Virus record (IMG/VR): IMGVR_UViG_3300033752_000161
Coordinates: 458 to 64,457 of that record
Source of the DNA: a virus
Direction: 5' to 3' (one strand)
Length of the DNA stretch: 64,000 bases
The notes beneath the pieces were generated by a model that did no database searches, was not told the DNA's origin, and saw nothing but the letters and a program-made list of their open reading frames with translations. The translations under genes were made by a program, and so were the position numbers. Shown here in pieces: positions 10,377 to 20,418 of this stretch. Positions within the stretch are counted from its first letter, which is position 1. The number at the start of each line of letters is the position of its first letter.

Positions 10377-10532
10377 TTAACCTCCTTCCCGTTCAAGTCG
10401 TTCAAGTATGGCCGCGTACATAAAACGTTTTGATCCTTTGGGGGCGCTGTATATTTCGTGAGGCATTCGCCCTGTGCGCAGGAATATCTCCGCGATTAAC
10501 CACGGCTCACCGCCCCCGCGGATTAGTTTTTT
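10377..10532 (-). CDS. -1 frameshift extension of tail assembly chaperone (gpGT-like)
   Basis: Slippery A AAA AAC (10532-10526) just before the stop; the -1 frame is open to 10377 (LIRGGGEPWLIAEIFLRTGRMPHEIY...). Confidence 0.75.
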   Translation of the reverse strand, partial: KKLIRGGGEPWLIAEIFLRTGRMPHEIYSAPKGSKRFMYAAILERLEREGG

Positions 10533-10924
10533 ACTTCGTCAATCTCCGCGTTCTCGTCCTCTCCGAATCCGGACAATCCGAGGATTTCGTCGGACAGTAG
10601 CTTCAGCTCACCGGCCAACAAGCGTTTTTGCACCGCGTCAATCGGCGTAGGTCCGAACTTGGCGAGGATTTCCGGAGACGACCAATTCGGATTAACGCAG
10701 CCGTACGTAATGACGGACATGCTGAATTTTTTATTGTCAAACGTGCTTCCGCCGCCTTTTTTCGGATATGTGCATTCCTCCGTGATCTGATCGAGCAGGT
10801 TTCCGTCAATGGCGCGTATCCGAAAATTGACACCGAATCTACGCAAATAAACGTCTTTTTCCGGTACCAACTCCGTATCAAGCAGCGCGCGCAAAACATC
10901 GTCTGTATTTTTAACGTTGGACAT
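10523..10924 (-). CDS. Tail assembly chaperone, XkdN-like
   Basis: KRLLAGE..LSDEILGLSGF...IDEVKN; RBS before ATG 10924. Confidence 0.85.
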   Translation of the reverse strand: MSNVKNTDDVLRALLDTELVPEKDVYLRRFGVNFRIRAIDGNLLDQITEECTYPKKGGGSTFDNKKFSMSVITYGCVNPNWSSPEILAKFGPTPIDAVQKRLLAGELKLLSDEILGLSGFGEDENAEIDEVKN

Positions 10925-10960
10925 TCGTATGACCTCCGATATCTTCGAAATCAAAGAGAT

Positions 10961-10988
10961 AAAAAAGAGGAGGATTGCGCCTCCTCCC
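10961..10988 (-). terminator. Intrinsic terminator after tail tube gene
   Basis: Minus strand GAGGAGG/CCTCCTC stem followed by a T run. Confidence 0.55.
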
Positions 10989-10992
10989 ACCA

Positions 10993-11418
10993 TTAACCGG
11001 TAATCCACTCTACCCCGTCACAAACGAAGGGTAACTCCTCTTCCACGATAGAGCCGTGATCGAACTTGAGGTAATCGATTTTTGTAAACTGTACGCCTTT
11101 TACGCGAAGGCGCTGCGTTACACCGTTTTCGGGGTCCGCCACCTTAAAGATAAGTTCGCAGACGAAAGCGCCGTATGCGTCGTTGGTAACCTGCGCGATT
11201 TGTTTAACGAGTTCCGACGTGATTTTATAACCGGTAATCGTGCCGGAATATTTAATCGTTCCGACTTTGTTTCCGGTTGTACGCGTACCGGAACGCTTAA
11301 CGTCGTCGTATGTGATATCTGCGGTGAGCTCAGCGGAATAGAAATTCGAAAGGTGAACCCCGTCCTTCCAGATTTCTCCGAACTCGCCTTTGATGACGCG
11401 CCTAGAATCGATCGGCAT
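10993..11418 (-). CDS. Tail tube protein, XkdM-like
   Basis: RVIKGEFGEIWKDG, SGTITGYKITSE and EEELPF motifs. Confidence 0.9.
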   Translation of the reverse strand: MPIDSRRVIKGEFGEIWKDGVHLSNFYSAELTADITYDDVKRSGTRTTGNKVGTIKYSGTITGYKITSELVKQIAQVTNDAYGAFVCELIFKVADPENGVTQRLRVKGVQFTKIDYLKFDHGSIVEEELPFVCDGVEWITG

Positions 11419-11434
11419 TTATGTTCACCCTTTC

Positions 11435-12481
11435 TTAAACGTTAATAGTGAGGAAAATCCGTTCCATCGAATCGACTTCGACGTAGGAGATCGCCAGGTA
11501 AACGGTATCGCCTACCGATTGGTATTGCGGATCGATCGCGACAACGGGACCGGTCAGCACGTTTTCGGCTTGGAGCGTTTCGAGGTAAACCTTGACCGCT
11601 GCGATGAGCGCCGCTTGGCCGTCCTCGTTGTTATCGATTTTTCCGATGTACGAATCGGCCGCAGTCTTCATGATGTCCGTAGACACCGCTTGACGGGCGC
11701 GAATCGTGCGGATTTTCGTTTTGTTCGTCGTCAGCCCCTGCTCGACTTTGACCTTCGAGCCATCGTTGACGAGTACGAGAGATCCCGCCTGAAGCGCTGC
11801 TTTAATCTGCGCATTCGTCAAACGTTTCGTCACGTCGGCCACGCTAACTTGGGCGAAAGTAATCGACTTGTTAATCGCGGTACCTGCGATGAGTCCAGCG
11901 ATATACGGCGAATATTGAGCGGACGAATACGACGTACCATCGATGACTACGCCGGTAATCAAGTTAACGATGTAATCGTCGGCATTCGTGGTCGAACGCG
12001 TATTGCCAGCCGTCGGATCTGCGTCATCGGTCGAGTCTCCGCCGAATACCGCCATAAAGTGCTTGCCGTCATCGCGATTCTGCGCTACCCACGTTTTGGT
12101 ATTCGCTTGCTCGGTGTCGTTTGCCTCACCGTCGAATACGAATACGTTGAAATCGTAAGCGTCGAAAGCCGCGCGCATATCCGCGTAATCGGCGGTTGTG
12201 GGCGAGGCCGGCATGGTGTAAACGAGAACTTCCTTCGCGCCACCACTCAACGCGAATTTAATCGATTGGATATTGTCCGAGCCGAAGAGATCAACCGCGT
12301 CCTTTTCGGTTTCAACGGTGTAAATCGTTTTGGCGGCCGCTGTTCCGCCGCTGTACGTCAGCAACGGAATTGCGACAGTCCCACGATCGCCACCGTTGAT
12401 TTGCGCGGCTGCGGCTTCTTTAAAGTTAATGTATAGACCCGGTTCAATCGGCAAAGCCGACGGGTCCCAACTGCCTGCCAT
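11435..12481 (-). CDS. Tail sheath protein, XkdK-like
   Basis: PGLYINF, RGTVAIP, YIGKIDNNEDGQ and VDSMERIFLT motifs. Confidence 0.9.
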   Translation of the reverse strand: MAGSWDPSALPIEPGLYINFKEAAAAQINGGDRGTVAIPLLTYSGGTAAAKTIYTVETEKDAVDLFGSDNIQSIKFALSGGAKEVLVYTMPASPTTADYADMRAAFDAYDFNVFVFDGEANDTEQANTKTWVAQNRDDGKHFMAVFGGDSTDDADPTAGNTRSTTNADDYIVNLITGVVIDGTSYSSAQYSPYIAGLIAGTAINKSITFAQVSVADVTKRLTNAQIKAALQAGSLVLVNDGSKVKVEQGLTTNKTKIRTIRARQAVSTDIMKTAADSYIGKIDNNEDGQAALIAAVKVYLETLQAENVLTGPVVAIDPQYQSVGDTVYLAISYVEVDSMERIFLTINV

Positions 12482-12494
12482 TTAGTGGCCCCCT

Positions 12495-12950
12495 TTAAAT
12501 TTCGAGAGTAATGCGACTGTAAACATGCATAATCTTGTCGTAAGTCGCTTGGTCGCGAGCCTCGCGGATCTCCGTCGATAGCACGCCGATACAGGCGTAT
12601 AAATCAGCGGTTTCCTCGCGGAATGGCTGCGATATAGAAAACGACTCGACGCGGATATACCGCAGCGAGTCGTCATTTAGCGGGATTAATTTCGTTTGAT
12701 ACAGCGCTTTGCTCAGCGAGTCCATTTGCGTTAACACGTCGGGAGCGTCCGTACCGATATAGATCACTTGGTACTCGCGGTCTATCCGGTAGGTCTTCGT
12801 GGTTTCCAATTCCCGCGAATCGCTCAAAAACCGAATCACAAACGTATTCGGGGCGGGCTTGCGCGGCACATCCTGCTTATACGTGGCCGCCGATGGAAAC
12901 GCGGATTTCACGAAGTCCTCGATGGACGTAATATCGGTGATTAGCGACAA
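12495..12950 (-). CDS. Putative tail terminator protein
   Basis: Size and position between neck and sheath genes. Confidence 0.6.
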   Translation of the reverse strand: MSLITDITSIEDFVKSAFPSAATYKQDVPRKPAPNTFVIRFLSDSRELETTKTYRIDREYQVIYIGTDAPDVLTQMDSLSKALYQTKLIPLNDDSLRYIRVESFSISQPFREETADLYACIGVLSTEIREARDQATYDKIMHVYSRITLEI

Positions 12951-12951
12951 G

Positions 12952-13377
12952 TCACCACCCCTTCCGTTTCAGTTCCGATTCAATTTCGGCCTCAATTTTG
13001 CGGAGCCATTTATCGCCGTGTTTTTCCGCAGGCTGGTCGAGGAATTTAAGCGTAGTGCCCGGCGTCCGAGTATTTATACCTTTTCCCGGAGCGACTTCGT
13101 GCAGGTAGTACGCGTAATTGAAGCGCCGGCCCTTGTTGGACTCGATCGCGTTAGCGACGACTTCGCCCGTCAGGTTCGCGCCATCACCGCTAATTTCCCC
13201 GACGTGAATCGACCGCCGCAACGTACTTTTATCGATGGGCGCAACGTCAACGGATTCCGCTTTCCACTCGTCGAGAGCGTCGTGCATTCCGCGCTTGGCT
13301 GCGTCCGCCACCGTTTCCGCTGCGTCTTCTATCGCATGGATAAAGCGCGAGATATCGAGTTCTAACGATTTCATCAC
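12952..13377 (-). CDS. HK97 gp10-like neck protein
   Basis: APIDKSTLRRS and NYAYYLHE motifs. Confidence 0.8.
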   Translation of the reverse strand: MMKSLELDISRFIHAIEDAAETVADAAKRGMHDALDEWKAESVDVAPIDKSTLRRSIHVGEISGDGANLTGEVVANAIESNKGRRFNYAYYLHEVAPGKGINTRTPGTTLKFLDQPAEKHGDKWLRKIEAEIESELKRKGW

Positions 13378-13715
13378 AAATACACCTCCGTGAGAATCGG
13401 CTTGCCGCTCAACATGCGCTTAATCTCGATTCTGACGGGCTTTCTCGCGACCGCCACGCCCGTTTCGTTCGTATACGTTATTACGTCGTCATACGAGACA
13501 TCCGCCAATTTATCGAGGATTATGCGCAGCGAGGTTACCGCTTCTTCGCCGGCTTGATTCGTGACTACTTTCGTTTCTTCCGTTACCCGCGCGTCCAGCG
13601 TGATTTCGTCGCCGGGAATCGGTCGGCCCCATCCGTCGTACATGTCGCTTATCGGATCATTAACAGTCTTCACGCGCTTAACGGTGATTTTCTGCTTGAG
13701 CGGAATGATCGGCAT
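13374..13715 (-). CDS. Putative head closure protein
   Basis: YDGWGRP...VTNQAGEEA; synteny in the neck module. Confidence 0.6.
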   Translation of the reverse strand: MPIIPLKQKITVKRVKTVNDPISDMYDGWGRPIPGDEITLDARVTEETKVVTNQAGEEAVTSLRIILDKLADVSYDDVITYTNETGVAVARKPVRIEIKRMLSGKPILTEVYL

Positions 13716-14116
13716 TATAACACCGTCCATCCGACGCTACGCTTGCTCAGTTTCACGCCGCCGTTTTCAGTGCTAATCAAGTCGAGCGCAGACTGCGGAA
13801 TGAACTTCGCGAGGTCTTCGCCAGGCCGCGTAACCAGATCGGGTTTAAACCCGAAAGTCGCCGTGTTAGGCAGCGAAAACTGTATAACGCCTTGCTGCTG
13901 CAAGCGATTCGTATCGTTGAAAACCGTTGCCAATACATTCGCGAACTCATAAACCGCGTTGTCCGGTATCGTGAGTGTCGAATACTTTACCGAAAGCGTG
14001 CGTCCGGCCACGTTTAATATTCGTTGTTTGCGTGCCTCGTCGCTTCCCGTCCAGTCCTCCACGTCGATACAGTTCAGCGAGATATATGCGTCAGCGTCCG
14101 TAATCGAAACCGCCAT
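13715..14116 (-). CDS. Putative head-tail connector
   Basis: SITDADAYI N-terminus; synteny. Confidence 0.6.
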   Translation of the reverse strand: MAVSITDADAYISLNCIDVEDWTGSDEARKQRILNVAGRTLSVKYSTLTIPDNAVYEFANVLATVFNDTNRLQQQGVIQFSLPNTATFGFKPDLVTRPGEDLAKFIPQSALDLISTENGGVKLSKRSVGWTVL

Positions 14117-14132
14117 CTAGCGCTCACCTCCG

Positions 14133-14345
14133 TTATTTTGCGGAGGCTGCGCGCTTCGACTTAGCGGGTACCTCCGGCTTTTCTTCCGATTCTTGCGGCG
14201 GGTCAACGCACACGGCGTCCGCTAGCGTATCGAGCACGGCAATTTCCGCTTTATCTTCCGTTGCGTAGTAACCGCCAGAAAACTTGCGTCTCTTTCCGTC
14301 CACGTAGAACGTAAAGCCTGCGTATTGGGACGTAAATTGCGCCAT
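14133..14345 (-). CDS. Hypothetical head-associated protein
   Basis: RBS GGAG before ATG; downstream of the capsid gene. Confidence 0.55.
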   Translation of the reverse strand: MAQFTSQYAGFTFYVDGKRRKFSGGYYATEDKAEIAVLDTLADAVCVDPPQESEEKPEVPAKSKRAASAK

Positions 14346-14408
14346 TATAGCAACTCCTTCCGGTATAGAAAAGGCCCGCAACCAAACGGCTACGGGCGCG
14401 ATTCGTTA

Positions 14409-15494
14409 TTAGGCGAGCTTTTTAATGCGAGCGTGCGCCTTTTCTTGCAGGAATTCCAGCGTGTACTCGCCGACCAGCATACCTTGCACATAGTCGCCTT
14501 TGTCGCCGAGGAACTTATGGAAGAACTCGCGGCCATTCAACGGGCGCAGGGATACGCGGTTGATGTCGACGATAAACAGTTCGTCAGGTTTCAGGTTGTT
14601 GTTCAGCGTAATTTCGAATTGACCGAAGTCGGATACGAACATATCGACTTTTTGGCCACGGACATTCTCGGCTTGAGTAATGTAAATTTGGCTATTGCTA
14701 AACCCGGAGATGGCGCGCTTTTGCTTGGCCGGAACGATGATTTTGTAGTTTCCGCCAGTTTTGAAGCCGCCAGCTTCGAAGATATCTTGCAGGGAATCGT
14801 TAATCATGTCGGCAGTCAGAGCGTTGTTGGAAGCGTCAGTAACGTTGGACGCGATCCAGTTCCGAATGCCCTTCATTTGGCGAACGTTCCCGTTTTGGTA
14901 CGCTACACCGTTAATGGCGGCGTTTTCGAGTTGCAGCGCCAGTTCGAGTTGCTTCTTCACTTTCTCGTTTTGGTACAGATCGGTAATGCCGTATTGCGTT
15001 ACACTTTCGGCGGTGCCGGTAACTTCGACCGTATCATCGAAAATTTGCGTATAGTTAGATTTGGCAACGCGTGCTTTGTAACGAGCGGCACGTGCGTCGG
15101 CTCCTTCGGTGCCTTCAACGAACATTACGTCAACGGACGCGCCGTCTGCGATTGCGGCAGCCGTGGTGCCAGCGTAGCCACGCGTAACGGTCAGCGTTTT
15201 AGTTCCAGCGTTAACAGCGGTAACGAGCAACAACTCGTCGCCAATTTTAACGACTTGATTTGCACGGAACGGCTCGGCGTCAGCGACAACAATCGCGGTA
15301 TCGGAGGCGAGTTTAGCGCCATTTACCGTGGATTGAACCGCGAACATTTCGTCTTCGAACCATTGGTGCGTGGTTTGGGTAACCGGTTGACCGAAGCCAA
15401 TCAGGTTAATCAGCGGCGTTTGGTACGCGTTCAGCAGCAGGATTTCGTCGACGACCGACTGTTTCTTACCGATAAGACTGGAATCATAAATCAT
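14409..15494 (-). CDS. Major capsid protein (SU10-like/DUF5309)
   Basis: HQWFEDE, EGADAR...NYTQIF and GEYTLEF motifs. Confidence 0.88.
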   Translation of the reverse strand: MIYDSSLIGKKQSVVDEILLLNAYQTPLINLIGFGQPVTQTTHQWFEDEMFAVQSTVNGAKLASDTAIVVADAEPFRANQVVKIGDELLLVTAVNAGTKTLTVTRGYAGTTAAAIADGASVDVMFVEGTEGADARAARYKARVAKSNYTQIFDDTVEVTGTAESVTQYGITDLYQNEKVKKQLELALQLENAAINGVAYQNGNVRQMKGIRNWIASNVTDASNNALTADMINDSLQDIFEAGGFKTGGNYKIIVPAKQKRAISGFSNSQIYITQAENVRGQKVDMFVSDFGQFEITLNNNLKPDELFIVDINRVSLRPLNGREFFHKFLGDKGDYVQGMLVGEYTLEFLQEKAHARIKKLA

Positions 15495-15547
15495 TTAAAA
15501 TTTCCCCCTTAGTTTTTGTGCATTAAAAAGCGACCCAGTTAGGCCGC

Positions 15548-16249
15548 TCAGCTCTTTTCAAGTTCGACTTTCAATTTCGAGTAGTACGCGAGGTCTTCGC
15601 TTCGCCCGGTTCGGCGCGCTTTTTCGGCGGCCTCTTTCAATAGTTGCTCCTTCGTTTTTTGCGGAGCCTTATCGTTGGGCGGACTGTTCGGATCGCCGAT
15701 TTGTTTCGGCTGCTCCTTTTTAACCTCGACGAGATACGGCTTCGACGCGATAAGCGCGTCTACAACGTCTTTGGCGCCGACGATATTTCCGTCATCGTCA
15801 ACGGTAATGCTGCTGGTATCCGCAAGCTTAAACGCGTCTTCGAGGGCGTCAGCGCGGATTCCGGATTCTTTCGCGAGCAACTTAAACTCCGACTTAATCA
15901 GTCGTTGATTTGCGGCAGTCAGCGCTCTTTCGCGTGCTTCTTCGGCTTCTTGCGCACGTTTCAGCGCTTCCGCCTTCTCCGCTTCCAAGCGTTCCTGTGC
16001 AGTCATTTCCGCTTTCTTGCGTTCCTCTTCCGCTTTTTGTAATTCCGCAAGCTGCGCTTTCAAATCGTCGTAATCCGCGAATTTCTTGGCCTGGCGGCTC
16101 AAGCGTTCGGCGACGATTCGGTCGATTTCCTCTTGCGTAAATGTCTTCGGCGGTTCTTTCGGCTCCTCGGGCTCTTTCGGCTCGTCGGCCGGCGGCTCCT
16201 CAGCGAAAGTTTGCAAATCGAGAACTAGCGTAAATTTTTCGTTTGACAT
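15548..16249 (-). CDS. Capsid scaffolding protein
   Basis: LDLQTFAE, KTFTQEEIDRIV, coiled coil and KPYL. Confidence 0.88.
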   Translation of the reverse strand: MSNEKFTLVLDLQTFAEEPPADEPKEPEEPKEPPKTFTQEEIDRIVAERLSRQAKKFADYDDLKAQLAELQKAEEERKKAEMTAQERLEAEKAEALKRAQEAEEARERALTAANQRLIKSEFKLLAKESGIRADALEDAFKLADTSSITVDDDGNIVGAKDVVDALIASKPYLVEVKKEQPKQIGDPNSPPNDKAPQKTKEQLLKEAAEKARRTGRSEDLAYYSKLKVELEKS

Positions 16250-16325
16250 CGTTATTCCTCCCGCGTTTTAGCGCCGCGTAGCGCATTATCTCCGTTGCAG
16301 TTTAACGTCATAAACGTTCGGACAC

Positions 16326-16355
16326 GAAAAAAGACACCGGGGTTAGCGGTGCCTT
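16326..16355 (-). terminator. Intrinsic terminator downstream of the acetyltransferase moron
   Basis: Minus strand AGGCACCG/CGGTGTCT stem followed by TTTTT. Confidence 0.55.
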
Positions 16356-16411
16356 CGGGGATATGCGTGTGAAGCTAACGAACTTCGTTTGCGTCAGATC
16401 GACCCATTATC

Positions 16412-17068
16412 TTATCCGTGACGGTTTTTATTTATGAATTCGTCGATGTTGTAAAACGAATCCAATTTACTTTTGATTTTGTCTTCTTCCCAACTAGTCC
16501 AATCAATTTCCAAAAGTTCTTTTATTATCTCCGAGCTAAACCTTTTCTTTATAACTTTTGCCGGCACTCCTCCTACAATGCTATACGGAGGAACATCCTT
16601 TGTTACAACAGAACCAGCTCCTACAATAGCTCCTTTTCCAATTGTTACGCCTGGCAATACAATAGCGTTTAATCCAACCCATACATCATCCTCTAAAGTT
16701 ACCGATTTTGATCCTTCTCTAATAACATCGTCTTTGTTTTCTGAAACAAAACCATATGATTTATCGTAAAGAAAAGGGTGTGTTGTAACGAAGTGATATG
16801 GGTGATTCATACTTCCTATTCGCACACCAGGAGCAACGCTACAAAAAGACCCTATTGTTGTTCCGGGTTCAACACTATAATCAAGTTTAAAGCAGCCGTA
16901 ACTATGTTTGCCGATCTCAATATTGTAGTGTTTTTTCATTAGATCTCGGGCTGTAGATAATAGAGGGTCATCTAATCTCAAAATTAACTTTAGAACGGTT
17001 GTTCTTGTTCTTATGTTCTTAATTTTTGGGAAGATAACTGCTAATAAATGTTTGATTTGCCTTTTCAA
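16412..17068 (-). CDS. CatB/Vat-related O-acetyltransferase (left-handed beta helix), low-GC moron
   Basis: [13 protein letters not shown] and DDVWVG...[40 protein letters not shown] hexapeptide motifs; AT-rich relative to flanks. Confidence 0.88.
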   Translation of the reverse strand: MKRQIKHLLAVIFPKIKNIRTRTTVLKLILRLDDPLLSTARDLMKKHYNIEIGKHSYGCFKLDYSVEPGTTIGSFCSVAPGVRIGSMNHPYHFVTTHPFLYDKSYGFVSENKDDVIREGSKSVTLEDDVWVGLNAIVLPGVTIGKGAIVGAGSVVTKDVPPYSIVGGVPAKVIKKRFSSEIIKELLEIDWTSWEEDKIKSKLDSFYNIDEFINKNRHG

Positions 17069-17155
17069 TACCGTACACCCCTATATAATTATTGGCAAAT
17101 TAATTATAGCAGTTATATGAAAAACAATCGTTCTTTAAATTATTTTTTATTACAA

Positions 17156-17350
17156 TTAGTTAGTTTCCAAGTACGGAACCAAATCATCGTATGAAAATGT
17201 GCTATATTCGACATTGTTCTCGTTGAAATATTCGCGCACTTTATCAACGAGTAAGTGATTTTCTTCGCTTGCTTTATGCACAAAACCAAACTCGTCTGTG
17301 TATTCGTACTGCAAAGCCCAATTGACTGCTTGTTGCGTTTCGGTTGGCAT
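17156..17350 (-). CDS. Hypothetical protein
   Basis: Coupled to the upstream gene; plausible composition. Confidence 0.5.
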   Translation of the reverse strand: MPTETQQAVNWALQYEYTDEFGFVHKASEENHLLVDKVREYFNENNVEYSTFSYDDLVPYLETN

Positions 17351-17922
17351 TAGTTAGGCACCCCCATTAATACTCCCGTTATCGATCCGGTTGTCGGAGC
17401 GGCGGCAGGTGTTAATACAAAAAGAATTTTTTGAGGCATTCTCGTGATCCCCAAGTCGTCCATTTTAAAATAAAATCGACCTGCTCCACCCGGTGGTATA
17501 GCAATAGATTTTGATGCGAAAATCGTGCCGTTCCAAATAGAAGTACTCATGGAATTTATAGAAGTTGAGCCGATTTGAAAAGTCAAATTAATCGTTTGGT
17601 CATGCGAGTTTGTAAAAAGTAAGGAAAACTCGCGGTATTTCGAGATATCTTTAGTACCGGATGTCTTATAGGTTGTATCCGTAAATGCTATTGCATTAAA
17701 AAGCATTACTTCTTCAACATTTCTCCCCGTTAGCGACACATTACCTGCAACCTGCAACGGATTGCTCGCGCCGACTTGCGTAAACGTCGAATCGTCCGCT
17801 GCCTTCGTTACGAGCTCGACCGGCACCGCTTTTAATCCGTTATTCGCTTCGTCTACGATGGCCTTTGCGTTATTCGGGTCAGCCCCGATTGCTGTTTTCA
17901 TCGTTTGCTTAATCGTTGACAA
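17350..17922 (-). CDS. Hypothetical protein in head module
   Basis: GGAGG RBS with TTG start; beta-rich C-terminal half. Confidence 0.6.
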   Translation of the reverse strand: MSTIKQTMKTAIGADPNNAKAIVDEANNGLKAVPVELVTKAADDSTFTQVGASNPLQVAGNVSLTGRNVEEVMLFNAIAFTDTTYKTSGTKDISKYREFSLLFTNSHDQTINLTFQIGSTSINSMSTSIWNGTIFASKSIAIPPGGAGRFYFKMDDLGITRMPQKILFVLTPAAAPTTGSITGVLMGVPN

Positions 17923-17939
17923 TTACGCTACCTCCTTCG

Positions 17940-18767
17940 TTATTTATCCGGATTCCTCACCGGACTAAGCACGTGTTTACAATTTGGGTGGAAAATCTCG
18001 TTTCGCGGCAAGTCGCCAACATACGGATAATCGCCAGGAGCGTCAGGCGCAAGCTTCACGATTTTGCCCTCCCACTTTCCGCAACCATCCGCTGCACCGT
18101 GGCGCGAGATCCGCGCATACATCACGTCACGTGCGAGCGCCTCGTTAATTGACGCCTCTTTATGAGCGGCGAGTAACTTTGTTCTGGTTACCATATCGAC
18201 GTAAACTTCCGGTTTCCACCGACGGCCTGCCGCGTCAATAATTCCGGTATCTGCGGCACTACCGAGCGCTCGCCGAATCCCCGCGAGCGTATCCCGGTTG
18301 ATCGTACGCCGCCCGTTGATTCCCGCTGCCATGTTCGCTCGTTGCGCGTCTGCCACCGCTTTTCTCACGGCCTGCTTCGTGCGGCGATCGATATTTTGCG
18401 TGACGGCGAGGAGATCCGCTTGCGTGTCGGCGATAACGGCCTTGACCATATTCGCGTTGACCCGGCTAAACTTGGCGATTTTCTCCGCCTCGGCCACGGT
18501 ATCAACGACGCCGAGCGATACGATTGCGCGAACTACGCCGTCACGCGCGGCCTTCGGAATATTCTCCTCGACCCATTTCGCGGATTCAGCGTTCAGTGAG
18601 GCGAGGATTTTCGCGATTTCTGCGAGCGCCGCCTGCGTATTGGCGCGAGAGGTATCGGTGGCGTCAAAACTATCGAGCTCCCGCTGAATCGCTTCGACCG
18701 CGGATTTAAACGCCTTAACGATTTCCGCGACGTTGTAATCGTAATTAGGCGCGGGGATTTCCGGCAT
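17940..18767 (-). CDS. Minor capsid / head morphogenesis protein
   Basis: DAAGRRW...YVDMVTRT, ISRHGA..GC..WEGKI and FHPNCKH motifs. Confidence 0.85.
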   Translation of the reverse strand: MPEIPAPNYDYNVAEIVKAFKSAVEAIQRELDSFDATDTSRANTQAALAEIAKILASLNAESAKWVEENIPKAARDGVVRAIVSLGVVDTVAEAEKIAKFSRVNANMVKAVIADTQADLLAVTQNIDRRTKQAVRKAVADAQRANMAAGINGRRTINRDTLAGIRRALGSAADTGIIDAAGRRWKPEVYVDMVTRTKLLAAHKEASINEALARDVMYARISRHGAADGCGKWEGKIVKLAPDAPGDYPYVGDLPRNEIFHPNCKHVLSPVRNPDK

Positions 18768-20398
18768 TAGTTAGCACCTCCGCCTCCTCCGTTAAATATC
18801 GATGAATCCACTGTGCCGTTGACACGCGTTTCATCATCGTCAATTCGGCGGATAACCTCGTCAGCCTTTTCGTCGTCAACGCCGTCCATGCGCTTGATTG
18901 CGGACCTGACGTCAATCGTCGGCTTGTTTCCGGTGCGGATTTGGAAGACCTCGGCTTCAAGCTTCTCGTCCTTCGGAATGCCATCGCGCCAGTTAATCTT
19001 CGGGTAAATCGGCTCGTACGGTTCGAATCCGTCAACGCCTTCGTTTGCGTAATTTTCGAGTTGCATTGCGATATACAGCGCGTCGCGAATCGCACGGTCA
19101 ACGTGGACGCGGATACGTTTTACCTTCGAGAGTATCGGCATTAAGCGCATTTGTATCGCTGCGCCGTCCGTATGCGACGTTCCCGAACCGCCCTTATCCT
19201 CGGCCATCGTCGTACCGAATAGCCATTGCGGCGTTTCGGACATTTGGAAAACGATTCCGAGCAGAATATCGAGTTCCTTAAACGCGGAATCTAATTGCGC
19301 CGTCCACGTCATGTAGCCGGGCGTCACGTCTTCTTTGCTTACCGGGATATACTTTCCGCCGAATCTAACGCCGCCATCCGGAGTCTGATCAATATCCGGC
19401 CCGTACGCAATCGGGTCGCTATGTTTCCACAGGATATAGTCGATTTGCACGAGGCGATCGTTTATTGCGGCGAGCACGCTTTCCAACTTCTCGATACCGC
19501 CGATGCCCTTCCAGTCGTCATCCAACGTTTTATAAGGCACGTGCTGCACGAGAATTTGTGGAACACCCGTTGGCACAACGTCTCTTTCGCGGCCGGTCGC
19601 TACTTGTTCGAGCAGCGTAAACAACTCAATCGGCGCGCCATACGTATTATCGACGCCATTCGCCTGCAACCGATAGCGCGAGTATACGATATAGCCGGGA
19701 ATATGGCGCTCAACGTTAAGATACGGGACTTCGCCCTCTTTCCGCGAAAACTCCCATTCGACATATGCGATATTTATCGCTTTGAATTTCTTCGATGAGC
19801 CACGCGATAACTCCGGAAACACGTACATTGGATTTATCGCCTCGATAATCGGCTCGGGCTTTACACCGCTTGGAATCGCCGGCAAATCGCTAAAATCCTG
19901 CCGATACGAGTAATACGGCTTAATAAACGATTCTCCGCGAATGCCGCCGCCGATTACGATTTCGTGGATAAGCTGATTCAAATCGTTTTCCTCGACAATC
20001 GAGTTCAACCGTTTCTGCTGTACCGATGAATCAGGAAGTCCGCTCTCATACGACGGGGGCTCGCCGACCATCAAATCCGCCGGCTTCGTCATCAGGATAT
20101 CAACGATATTCACCGCGATATACAGCTTTTGAATCTGCGAGGCAAACGGCGTATCCTTGAGTAAATCGCTGGCCCTCTCGTACACTTCGTAAAGTTTCCC
20201 GTCGAATATCTTGCGACCGCGGTAGTATTTCGCCAAGCGCTCCAAGTCGCTTTGAGGCGGAAACTGTGCGCCCTGGACGAATAGTGCGCCAGCCTGGTAT
20301 ACCGCAATGTCCTCGATGTTTTCGATAACGTCGAAGTCTCTCGGCGGAAACTGCGCGCCGGGCCTTACGATGGATGATTCGGGTAAATATACGGTGAT
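18767..20398 (-). CDS. Portal protein (SPP1-like); predicted ATC start
   Basis: Frame open upstream of TTG 20245 to AAAGGAGG-N8-ATC at 20398, giving two GAQFPP motifs; follows the terminase. Confidence 0.88.
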   Translation of the reverse strand: MTVYLPESSIVRPGAQFPPRDFDVIENIEDIAVYQAGALFVQGAQFPPQSDLERLAKYYRGRKIFDGKLYEVYERASDLLKDTPFASQIQKLYIAVNIVDILMTKPADLMVGEPPSYESGLPDSSVQQKRLNSIVEENDLNQLIHEIVIGGGIRGESFIKPYYSYRQDFSDLPAIPSGVKPEPIIEAINPMYVFPELSRGSSKKFKAINIAYVEWEFSRKEGEVPYLNVERHIPGYIVYSRYRLQANGVDNTYGAPIELFTLLEQVATGRERDVVPTGVPQILVQHVPYKTLDDDWKGIGGIEKLESVLAAINDRLVQIDYILWKHSDPIAYGPDIDQTPDGGVRFGGKYIPVSKEDVTPGYMTWTAQLDSAFKELDILLGIVFQMSETPQWLFGTTMAEDKGGSGTSHTDGAAIQMRLMPILSKVKRIRVHVDRAIRDALYIAMQLENYANEGVDGFEPYEPIYPKINWRDGIPKDEKLEAEVFQIRTGNKPTIDVRSAIKRMDGVDDEKADEVIRRIDDDETRVNGTVDSSIFNGGGGGAN

Positions 20399-20418
20399 TG
20401 TCGCCGCCTCCTTTCCGT

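Noticed and set aside
11390-15512. Long plus-strand ORFs (348 aa and 395 aa), and similar ones at 43733-44662 and 46073-46927
   Set aside because: Antisense shadows of well-supported minus-strand genes, with no motifs or RBS.
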